From contig NZ_PQWO01000032.1 in NCBI RefSeq assembly GCF_003231495.1, positions 7,300 through 39,299 on the forward strand: 32,000 bases of DNA. The letters are read 5' to 3'. Both the position numbers and the translations under genes were made by a program. Shown piece after piece: positions 9,401 to 15,275 of this stretch. How positions within the stretch are numbered: the first letter of the stretch is position 1; the number at the start of each line of letters is the position of its first letter. Below the pieces are notes generated by a model that saw only the letters and a program-made list of their open reading frames with translations, ran no database searches and was not told the DNA's origin. The stretch is from Acaryochloris thomasi RCC1774. Its GTDB lineage: Bacteria; Cyanobacteriota; Cyanobacteriia; Thermosynechococcales; Thermosynechococcaceae.

Positions 9401-10462
9401 ACTGCCGTCAGCCTCTCGCTCATGACTTGGTTCTGCTGCTTGATCTCGTTCACGAGTGTTAGTAGTTCTTCCATGATTGATGTCCTCTGGTTTTGTGGGT
9501 TGAACGGTTGAAGCCTTTTCTGCCGTAGTCCTTTCTATGCCCTGCTGTTCTTCACGCACAGGGATAGAGACCACGTTTTCTTGAACGATATGCAGCCTGG
9601 GATTTTGCAGGTCCACCCCCTGCGCTCTGTCGTGCCACTGCTGCTTTAATTTCTGGGGTTCTTCGAGTTCCTTGACGGGGCGGTTTTGCAGGCTAATGTG
9701 CTTTAGCTCTCGCCAGCCTGTAACGCCCTTGGCTTGGGCAATCGCTTCTATTTCCACGGTGCGCTGGGAGAAGGCCCGTAGCTGTTCTTTTGTATACCCA
9801 GTGATATCGAAGGTATCGTTTGGCTTCCAGACAATCCCGTAGCCAATCTGTTGTAGGTTGGCGGCGAGTTCATGTTGATACCGAACGCCTAAGTCACGTC
9901 GGCTATCTCGAAAGAAGCTTTCGTTCCGCAGTGCTCTCCATTTGCCATCACTGCAGTAGCTGGTGTTCATGATGATGGCGTGGGTATGGAGCTGCGGATC
10001 CATCTTGCGACTGGTGGCATGGGTGAAGGTGGCAATCGCTAACTTGCCGGTGATCTCCTTCTGGCGTTTACCTCCGGTGCGGATCTCAACGAGGGAGTGA
10101 TTCAGTTCAATTTCCTTGAGGACCGCATCAACGGCTTCTCGATGAGCCTTAATCACTCGCGTGTCATTCCAGACCAGTGCTTGCAGGCTAACTGACTTGG
10201 GCGCAGAGAACGTGAGGTCGTAACCTCCCCTGGTTTTATTCCCGGCATTGCTGACGCCGCGTAGTCTGACGCCGTTGGGCGCTCTGCCGTGGATGAACCT
10301 TCGGAAGTCTTCTGCCTCCACTGCACCCTCAAGGCAAACCTGCGCGGCAAGGTTTCCATACCAGCGTGACCCACAGGCATTTTCTTCCTGCGCGTAGTAG
10401 GAATCTTCTTGTTCGTAGTAGGAGGCTGCTGCCTCTGGTCTGACGTTGTGGGCGGTGAGCAT
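6479..10462 (-). CDS. MOBF (TrwC-type) relaxase fused to a helical repeat array and a Toprim-like C-terminal domain
   Basis: The N-terminus parallels R388 TrwC as I recall it: MLTAHNV, paired Tyr AASYYEQEDSYY, LTFSAPKSVS and the His triad FTHATSRKMDPQLHTHAIIMN (nt 9980-10021). The C-terminus EVWITEGAKKGAAIYTRGIDAIALNGVNGGY...VVLCFDKD...GIDDW resembles Toprim (DUF3854-type, from memory). No Walker A motif is recognisable. Confidence 0.9.
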   Translation of the reverse strand: MLTAHNVRPEAAASYYEQEDSYYAQEENACGSRWYGNLAAQVCLEGAVEAEDFRRFIHGRAPNGVRLRGVSNAGNKTRGGYDLTFSAPKSVSLQALVWNDTRVIKAHREAVDAVLKEIELNHSLVEIRTGGKRQKEITGKLAIATFTHATSRKMDPQLHTHAIIMNTSYCSDGKWRALRNESFFRDSRRDLGVRYQHELAANLQQIGYGIVWKPNDTFDITGYTKEQLRAFSQRTVEIEAIAQAKGVTGWRELKHISLQNRPVKELEEPQKLKQQWHDRAQGVDLQNPRLHIVQENVVSIPVREEQQGIERTTAEKASTVQPTKPEDINHGRTTNTRERDQAAEPSHEREADGSREAEPNHKQAVGDSQRTVDVSRATESALDPAQSTAQREQRSQTQEGASIGQSVDEYNASGSQRASDGVHRSTERSAEGQEERRPSPEHQAALRKARRFDDPNQRRAAQQRLDAGHQSRLDGAVARLSGRVEAARANGSLITDDRSTGYGEPANVSRDQSDAALKRSINELANDINTFNAQEVLAETLPGINQALEKLGLTIDKSLELAQEKVHQPDLSSSIDSLADAISHNQAEAVMLEVGAALGERLQHLSQNHNLVELADAIQTNADLQVIAESGLGEKLQELASVVENQRPSGITFEGIEELAEVIHSGDIEQTFAESLPLISETLDALQLQIDQSLTKGVADHITNAVGQWTNEQRMVEAMAAGDQAQVMELLREFTGPSTVRPQVQELAEALHGWQEQQLIAEVAAEFSGVMDRLRGQHGIEQLAEVITKQQAMEQVAEVITEVSGRLEQWMQYPQMAELAELIQQQADVGTLLESGLTDKLNHVGHSLEQMTRQQPSLEGVQELAKAIHETQQQDAIAEHMQVFVGLGDHVENWIEQQADVQRLALLVQTLRSNPEVSREELQRLTEQMRNMGIDVTPKPQKKAKPVVEKPVLKKDRQPTQPPTQPQVEKPVLKKDRLEAEAQVANEAPQQSTEKTGRVWTTQRLQALEYLRPTYIEKERWVELVKDSSIHPQVAAKYFWSLDGPGAKEHLLNYAMGQFAGHGTQYTTAQVEKFLARYEHLEAGGLWCEGRPFNGEPWGQLKPNTPVTEEKDKDRFTIYLKNGQVQNLEKPANYKPELKERKYESIPKASQNLPSHRSHFAFAKDLDDIKNETKEVWITEGAKKGAAIYTRGIDAIALNGVNGGYSKDDNEQRYLDGHLKQYNWQSRTVVLCFDKDPPEKTKTLRNVAIAMHRFGRLLEQQGAKVEVAEMPGNDQGKLGIDDWLARGNQLSDLSYSTLDEWAQESPWLEKELAAHEYEMEQEEGFEY
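8890..9474 (-). CDS. Embedded +1-frame ORF (194 aa, coiled-coil-like) inside the relaxase linker
   Basis: ATG 9474 follows GAGGA (9487-9483) with 8-nt spacing. The product MEELLTLVNEIKQQNQVMSERLTAVEKQNQ... looks protein-like. Third codon positions are G/C-rich in this frame and A/T-skewed in the relaxase frame. Confidence 0.4.
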   Translation of the reverse strand: MEELLTLVNEIKQQNQVMSERLTAVEKQNQTISRQLETANGRLMSVEQQNRLLIQHNQQLNENNEARHKKVHQLVNQSMNTMPVVLNGHLMEFTEALSEALKGKKNDDLAQSIKQLYGRLDALMTQINDAQLNNVSMLGTNQDWMEQLQDLVGELKRHGLTGRSSLTIDLPDTASLPTSLETNQMQPSNAPSTN

Positions 10463-10478
10463 TGAGATGAACTTTGCG

Positions 10479-10517
10479 TCTATTCATCTATTGCAAGTGG
10501 CCGAAAAAGCTGTCGAA
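10479..10517 (-). promoter_or_regulatory. Copy 2 of the bipartite motif, 28 nt upstream of the relaxase ATG
   Basis: The minus strand reads TTCGACAGCTTTTTCGGCCACTTGCAATAGATGAATAGA. TTGCAA is at 10496-10491. Confidence 0.6.
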
Positions 10518-10601
10518 GCCCCAGTTTTTTCTAACGTGCTCTGGGGCGTAATCCTTATGCAGTCTTTGTCTTACCGCCTTCCTTTCTTTTTCCGTGTTTT
10601 G

Positions 10602-10624
10602 GGCGCGGGAGCGCCGTACTGTCT
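10602..10624 (+). other. Candidate oriT nic region: hairpin GGCGC-GGGA-GCGCC followed by GTACTGTCT
   Basis: A 5-bp stem with a 4-nt loop (10602-10615) is followed directly by GTACTGTCT (10616-10624). I recall the R388 nic region as GCACC-GAAA-GGTGC-GTATTGTCT/AT. It lies next to the start of a TrwC-type relaxase gene. Confidence 0.55.
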
Positions 10625-10644
10625 GAATCCTCCGGGAAATTAAG

Positions 10645-10654
10645 TTACGCGTAA
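10645..10654. repeat. Perfect 10-bp palindrome TTACGCGTAA next to the candidate nic site
   Basis: Read directly from the sequence. It could be an accessory-protein binding site. Confidence 0.4.
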
Positions 10655-10799
10655 GTACTTCTTCCGCTCCAGGCTGCCTCCCGAATAAGCGAGAGCATTA
10701 CTCTTAGGGCTAGGGTTCCGGCCAGAGTTGACGAAAGGATACGGCTGACGAACTGTAGCCTGATCGCATAGGCCCCAGAACGTCCATGAGTTCAGCTTG

Positions 10800-11225
10800 G
10801 CGAAAGTCTTGGGTTGAGAGATGTGGCAAGGGAGCGGTAAGTCTGGGGCTGACGAATGGTGCTAACTCCCAGTAGCTCTCCTGTTGTCCTGTTCGCAAGT
10901 CTCAAGGTTAGGGCAAGGGGGCAAGACGGTTTGCGGATGTAGCCACCTCTAGAAAAGCTCTATCTCTCCGGTATGAAGTATCTGAGCGTAAGTCCTGGGG
11001 TGAGAGTTGTAGTGCTAGGGCGGGTTGGATTGGGGCGTCTGACTACTGCAGGCTCTCGTGAGTCTTGTGACACTGGCAAGAGAGTCTATCTGAAAGCGCT
11101 GAGGTTAAGGGTGTGCTTTGGAGCCGAATCAAGAGCTGTACAGCAGCTCCGTAGCCGCGATCTCCCTGTTTTGAACGGTCTGATTGTAGGTCTTGGGATT
11201 GGGGCTGTGGTAAGTGGTCTGTATC
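10800..11225. repeat. Non-coding region with at least six degenerate direct repeats (core AAGTCYTGGGG..TGAGAG..TGT)
   Basis: Units start near 10803, 10837, 10897, 10988, 11060 and 11187. CTGACGAA also recurs at about 10745 and 10849. ORFs here lack RBS and protein-like composition. Confidence 0.5.
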
Positions 11226-11418
11226 GAAAGACCTAAACAATTGCAATTTCACCCCGTAACGCCGACTTCTTCTCCTGAAACTTCTCTTTCGTGAGTCTTG
11301 GAGGTGCTGTTGCGATAAAGGACTCGTAACGATAGTGATGAAGTAATGTAAACAGCTTTGTAACCCATGAGGCGTAGTAGATAGGAAGCCTTTCAATGGC
11401 ACCAGATTTCACCTTAAT

Positions 11419-11452
11419 AACAGCTATTTTTGCGACTTGCAATAGATATATA
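11419..11452 (+). promoter_or_regulatory. Copy 3 of the bipartite motif
   Basis: AACAGCTATTTTTGCGACTTGCAATAGATATATA. TTGCAA is at 11437-11442, 33 nt before ATG 11476, which has an AGGAG RBS. Confidence 0.6.
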
Positions 11453-11475
11453 ACCGCGTAAATAGGAGTAGCTCG

Positions 11476-11742
11476 ATGACAGAGTTAAGACCTCACACAA
11501 CCCTCTTATTGTTAGAGCTTATATGGGAAGGAACCTACATACGACCATCCGCTCAACGTGATTGGGTAGAGCAGAACTTTGAACGTCTTCAACTGCTGCT
11601 TGAGAAGCAGGCTTACACCAAGGTCTGTGAACAATTTGCTGATGAGATTCAAATCAGTCCCGCAACGCTGTCCAAGCATTACAAAGCAACGAAGAAAAAT
11701 AAACGCTGGCAGCGAGGAAAACCTCGTCGCCAGGATAGATAG
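11476..11742 (+). CDS. Small basic protein with an HTH-like segment (88 aa), paralogue of 11814..12233
   Basis: It shares WVE(Q/K)xF..LQ...EKQ.....EI..SP.TL.KHY.A.KK with the next gene. AGGAG RBS present. Confidence 0.65.
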   Translation: MTELRPHTTLLLLELIWEGTYIRPSAQRDWVEQNFERLQLLLEKQAYTKVCEQFADEIQISPATLSKHYKATKKNKRWQRGKPRRQDR

Positions 11743-11813
11743 CTCGGCACGCTCAACAGTACTTGTTCGCCTATATCTAGGCAAAGGGTCATATCGTTAT
11801 CTGGAGTAATACC

Positions 11814-12233
11814 GTGACTGATTTCAAGAAAATACAAGACCTCCTAGAAGAACTGCATGACGAAGGGGATCATATCCCTGAGCGTTCATCGATTCATCAT
11901 CAGTGGGTAGAGAAGCACTTCGCTCTCCTTCAAGACATGATTGAGAAGCAGAGACACCCGCTCAAAAAAATAACGGAAAAATTAAAGGCAGAGATCACTC
12001 TAAGCCCTCAAACACTGCAGAAACATTACCAAGCCGTTAAGAAGCTCAAGCTTGCGGAAGCCAGACGTGCAAAGAAAAATCAGACTACTGAAGCTGCCAC
12101 CTCTGCTGCCGTTTGCGATCGCAGAGGTGGCAGCACTAAACAATCTCGGGCAAGGGTAAAACCTCCAGAGGTGGACTTGTCGAAGATCAGTCCACCGCCT
12201 CAATTAGTACATGCAGAAATTGTAGAGGATTAA
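11814..12233 (+). CDS. Paralogous HTH-like protein with a basic C-terminal extension (139 aa)
   Basis: GTG start follows GGAG with 7-nt spacing. It shows paralogy to 11476..11742. Confidence 0.65.
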   Translation: MTDFKKIQDLLEELHDEGDHIPERSSIHHQWVEKHFALLQDMIEKQRHPLKKITEKLKAEITLSPQTLQKHYQAVKKLKLAEARRAKKNQTTEAATSAAVCDRRGGSTKQSRARVKPPEVDLSKISPPPQLVHAEIVED

Positions 12234-12237
12234 TCCA

Positions 12238-12825
12238 ATGGCAAAAAACAAAAAGGTCAATAGTTCAGAGTTAGAGGCTGCACTCAAAGAGCGTTTTGGC
12301 GATCTTAGTGTTGAAGAACTAAGCAGCCAAACAACTGCTTTGTACACATGCTTGGGTCTTGAGCCTCAAGCTACAGAAATGACTACCGATCAGTATCACC
12401 TCGGCGTTCAAATACTGGACGCTTTCGTCAACGGTCACGCTCAAGATTATCAGCAAGCAAAGGAATGGGTTGAATCGCAGGGTAGCGGACAGCCTGAGTC
12501 ACAACCGTCGCAGTCGGAAGAAATATCTCCGGTTCACCCATCAGGGGACTTACCGGCAGCGATCTCGGAGCAAGGGGGCAAGCTGTATAAAAAAGTGCCA
12601 GATACCTTTGCCCGACAGGATGAGCTTTTTGGAACTGCATTAGACCAAGCAGTCTTAGCAGATCTCAATGAACGGATACGTACGGGTGACCTGGAGGCTG
12701 ATATTCAGGAAGCTATGGGAAAGCGCCAAAGAGAAGGTCGAGAAAGAGCACCCACCTTCATCGAGATGCTGGGGCTTCCCGCAGTTCCCTCGGCTCCGAA
12801 ATTGCCCGAATCGTCAGCGGAATAA
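12238..12825 (+). CDS. Hypothetical acidic protein (195 aa)
   Basis: GAGGA lies 8 nt before the ATG. No family recognised. See the finding on a possible frame switch near its 3' end. Confidence 0.6.
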   Translation: MAKNKKVNSSELEAALKERFGDLSVEELSSQTTALYTCLGLEPQATEMTTDQYHLGVQILDAFVNGHAQDYQQAKEWVESQGSGQPESQPSQSEEISPVHPSGDLPAAISEQGGKLYKKVPDTFARQDELFGTALDQAVLADLNERIRTGDLEADIQEAMGKRQREGRERAPTFIEMLGLPAVPSAPKLPESSAE

Positions 12826-12917
12826 TTGACGATCAGATACAGGGGCAGCTTAGAGAAAATTCCCAGATCCAGGCCCAGCGGCAAAAACATATTTCTCAGC
12901 AAAAGAAGCAACTGCGG

Positions 12918-13094
12918 TTGTTTCGGGACTGGATGTACAGATCGCTGCAATTTGTCGTCGTCGTGGGGATCTGCGTCACCTTCGGGATTGTGCTGGGCTT
13001 CAACCTGCCGAAGGATTTTTTGTGTCCTTCGGAAGAAGACGGCTACTGCCTGCAAGTCAATCTATTGGATAAATTTACGAAAGATGAGCAATAA
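12918..13094 (+). CDS. Unlisted small ORF with one transmembrane segment (58 aa from TTG 12918, 53 aa from ATG 12933)
   Basis: My translation reads (M)FRDWMYRSLQFVVVVGICVTFGIVLGFNLPKDFLCPSEEDGYCLQVNLLDKFTKDEQ*. Its stop TAA (13092-13094) overlaps ATG 13084 of the next gene. The frame is open back to 12702. Confidence 0.4.
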   Translation: MFRDWMYRSLQFVVVVGICVTFGIVLGFNLPKDFLCPSEEDGYCLQVNLLDKFTKDEQ

Positions 13095-13554
13095 ACCTGA
13101 CCCTTGGAATCCAAAAGACGATTCCCGAAAGGGAACGCAACTGGACGAAATCTTTTGCTTGTATGTCGAGGCGTATACGGCAGCTTTTAGCGAATCAATC
13201 ATTGCCAAGATTGATGAATCCATCCGCGACGGCGAATTGGATGCAGCAGTGGAGGCCAGGATCAAAGCGGAGCTGGAAAGGCGTTATGAAGCATCAGAGG
13301 CCGAGATCGAAGTACCAGCGTCAGCGCTTGAAGCTGACGACTGGGACGAGGAGCTAGACGAGATCCCTCGACATCCGCTCCAATCTGTCTGGGCCAAAAC
13401 CTTTGTAGTCATGGTCGGTACTGCGCTCGTTTTTTCCTTTTTGATGCTCTGGTACAACTCAGCACGCTCAACCCGAGAGCATACTTGCGATCGCGAATGT
13501 CTTCGAGAGCAGGCGGCGATACGGGAGATATTGAGGGAGCAGAATGGTGACTGA
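13084..13554 (+). CDS. Hypothetical protein with a C-terminal transmembrane helix (156 aa)
   Basis: ORF track gives 12826..13554. The part upstream of ATG 13084 looks like out-of-frame sequence. TM segment: FVVMVGTALVFSFLMLWY. Confidence 0.55.
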   Translation: MSNKPDPWNPKDDSRKGTQLDEIFCLYVEAYTAAFSESIIAKIDESIRDGELDAAVEARIKAELERRYEASEAEIEVPASALEADDWDEELDEIPRHPLQSVWAKTFVVMVGTALVFSFLMLWYNSARSTREHTCDRECLREQAAIREILREQNGD

Positions 13555-13571
13555 AAAGTAGAGCCAAGATA

Positions 13572-13615
13572 AACAGAGCCAGCCCTTCGGTTTATATCGA
13601 AGGGCTGGCTCTGTT
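13572..13615. terminator. Perfect 18-bp stem hairpin between convergent genes, a likely bidirectional terminator
   Basis: AACAGAGCCAGCCCTTCG (13572-13589) pairs perfectly with CGAAGGGCTGGCTCTGTT (13598-13615). The loop is 8 nt. Confidence 0.7.
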
Positions 13616-13633
13616 GGGTTAAGTTGATTTGTG

Positions 13634-14494
13634 CTAGGCCGCTACAGCAACCGGCTGCAGTGCTGCAGCTTCCACTGCTGCGATGATTTCCTTCGCCGCC
13701 TTCTGAATGCGAGAGCCGGATTCCTTGAGCTGTGCGATCGCATCGTCGGTTCCGCTCATCCAGTCGCTAACGTAGGCAAAACTATAGTCACCGGAATCGA
13801 GGTCCAGGGCATTGAGGACCACGAAGGCGACTGATTCAGCCTCTAGCTCTAGAACAGACCGCTCGTTATGCATCCGGTAGTCTTGGGCAGAATGCATCAA
13901 CGCATGACCTAGCTCGTGGGCCATTGTTTTCGCTTGGTGCAACGGCGATAGCAGGGGGTTAATGGTGATTTCAATGCCTCCTGGTGCAAAGTAGCACTGA
14001 CCGTTAGGACCAGTAGAGTTAAACTGAGTCTTGAAGACCTTGCTATGAGCAAAGTCTCGGAGGGCGTTAAACAGTCCCTGATCGTCTCCTTGTATTGGGT
14101 TGCAGATATCGGGTAACTCTTCCCCATCTGTTTGGGAGATATCGAAGACCGTTGCCGTCTTAAATCCTGAGATGATCCGCTTTGAGTCGCCGCTCTCTTG
14201 GTCTTCAATCTTTCGGGTTACTGGAGCAAATATGGTGATGCCCTTCTCTCCCTTGCGGACCTGTCGGCCCATCTTCTGCCAGACGCGATAGCCTGCCACT
14301 CTAGACGCTTCAGGCATTTGCTCACGGATCATGACGATATTTCGGAACGAGTACTGATTAAAGCGGCTCTGGAAGGATAGATACTCCTGCCAGTCGCCGG
14401 ACGTTGCTAGGGCTGCAATACCGGCTTCGAGCTTGGCGAGGGCTTCGGTCTGCTTTTGCTCGGCGGCCGCTTTGTTGGCTTTGAATTTTGTCAT
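13634..14494 (-). CDS. ardC: ArdC-like antirestriction protein (ssDNA-binding N-domain plus HExxH metalloprotease domain)
   Basis: YSFRNIVMI...GYRVWQKMGRQVRKGEKGITIF is the typical ArdC/DUF1738 N-domain signature. MAHELGHALMH is a zincin HExxH motif. A GGAG RBS lies inside the conserved intercistronic module. Confidence 0.8.
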   Translation of the reverse strand: MTKFKANKAAAEQKQTEALAKLEAGIAALATSGDWQEYLSFQSRFNQYSFRNIVMIREQMPEASRVAGYRVWQKMGRQVRKGEKGITIFAPVTRKIEDQESGDSKRIISGFKTATVFDISQTDGEELPDICNPIQGDDQGLFNALRDFAHSKVFKTQFNSTGPNGQCYFAPGGIEITINPLLSPLHQAKTMAHELGHALMHSAQDYRMHNERSVLELEAESVAFVVLNALDLDSGDYSFAYVSDWMSGTDDAIAQLKESGSRIQKAAKEIIAAVEAAALQPVAVAA

Positions 14495-14567
14495 GGTATT
14501 TCTCCTTTTTCCCTGTAGCGGTTGGGTTTACGGAAGTGCGGCGGTGGGGGCGCTTGGCCCCCTTGCG
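14495..14567 (-). repeat. Intercistronic module copy A1
   Basis: Gene-direction order is stop, GGGGGC-loop-GCCCCC hairpin (14546-14562), CGTAAACCCAACCGCTACAGGGAAAAAGGAGAAA, then ATG. Confidence 0.7.
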
Positions 14568-14762
14568 TTAGTCCTGAAGGAATCGAGCGAACTCTAGTGA
14601 CTCGTTCGCATAATCTGGGTCAATCTCTAGGCAGTTCTCGAAGTAAGTCGAGACTGCATCGCCTTGAGAGCTGCCAGTCCCTACTGGGAAGCGCTCGGCG
14701 TCGTCGGCTGTGTCGTAAGCAATCCAGGTTCTAGGAATTGGGACGGTTTCGGTCTGAATCAT
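14568..14762 (-). CDS. Small acidic protein (64 aa), paralogue of 27781..27978
   Basis: It shares PIPxTW.A.D..DD.E.F.V.TG.S...A...YF(E/D)NCLEIDP.Y.N.S.EF.RF with the second copy. Confidence 0.65.
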   Translation of the reverse strand: MIQTETVPIPRTWIAYDTADDAERFPVGTGSSQGDAVSTYFENCLEIDPDYANESLEFARFLQD

Positions 14763-14838
14763 ATGTATTTCTCCTGTAGTCCCTTCGTGGCGTTGGGGGG
14801 CAGTAGTGGGTTGAGGGGGCGCGGTGCCCCCCTAGTCT
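14763..14838 (-). repeat. Intercistronic module copy A2 (degenerate)
   Basis: GGGGGC/GCCCCC hairpin at 14815-14831. CTACAGGAGAAA precedes the ATG. Confidence 0.55.
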
Positions 14839-15099
14839 TTAAGCTTTCAAGTCAGTACCGTAGAGTCTTGTGATCGAGTAGAACTGGCGACTTAGCTCTT
14901 GAAAGCGGTTTGCAAGGTCGTCTTGCTCATCCCGTCCGCCATCAGCGATATCGAGATAGTTGTTCATGGCTGAGGCAAGGTCGCTAAGGTCGGCAACAAA
15001 AGCCTTGGTATCGGCCTCAATCTCCATCGCCTGAAGCATCGCAACAGGATAGGACTGCTCAGGATGAAAGTTGACGATTGGCGTTAGAGTAGTAGTCAT
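14839..15099 (-). CDS. Hypothetical acidic protein (86 aa), first gene of operon A
   Basis: AAGGAA RBS present. It is preceded by a conserved leader and a consensus-like promoter. Confidence 0.6.
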   Translation of the reverse strand: MTTTLTPIVNFHPEQSYPVAMLQAMEIEADTKAFVADLSDLASAMNNYLDIADGGRDEQDDLANRFQELSRQFYSITRLYGTDLKA

Positions 15100-15129
15100 A
15101 AGTTATTCCTTGTTGGGTTTAACTGCATC

Positions 15130-15164
15130 GGCATCGCTTACTTCTTGGTCGGAGGGGCGATGCC
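15130..15164 (-). other. Conserved 5'-leader hairpin of operon A
   Basis: GGCATCGC (15130-15137) pairs with GCGATGCC (15157-15164). The leader is homologous in sequence to 28371-28406 ahead of operon B. Confidence 0.5.
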
Positions 15165-15186
15165 TTTGCTTTGTTTGTATATGAAT

Positions 15187-15238
15187 ATTATAAACTATCA
15201 GTTTATAGTTTGTCAATCATAAGCTTATGGTTTATGAT
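15187..15238. promoter_or_regulatory. Back-to-back divergent promoters with overlapping -35 boxes and palindromic operators
   Basis: Minus strand: TTGACA (15216-15211), 18 nt, TATAAT (15192-15187), with the palindrome TATAAAC-TATCA-GTTTATA (15189-15207) overlapping the -10 and covering most of the spacer. Plus strand: TTGTCA (15210-15215), 17 nt, TATGAT (15233-15238), with the palindrome CATAAGCTTATG (15218-15229) in the spacer. Confidence 0.7.
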
Positions 15239-15275
15239 AAGTTCACAGCTTAGAGTTTATAACTAAGGAGTAGAG

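Noticed and set aside
6633-10380. Many antisense or alternate-frame ORFs lie inside the relaxase gene: 6633..6851, 6688..6984, 6800..7000, 7218..7466, 8061..8288, 8281..8466, 8877..9080, 9305..9511 and 10153..10380.
   Set aside because: They are short, lack RBS and have Cys/Ser/Arg-rich out-of-frame composition. They are expected by-products of a long G/C-biased repetitive gene. Only 8890..9474 stood out.
10973-11402. ORFs 10973..11236 (+) and 11043..11402 (-) lie in the region between the relaxase and the HTH paralogues.
   Set aside because: They overlap each other on opposite strands, lack RBS and are made of the degenerate DNA repeats. The region is more likely non-coding.
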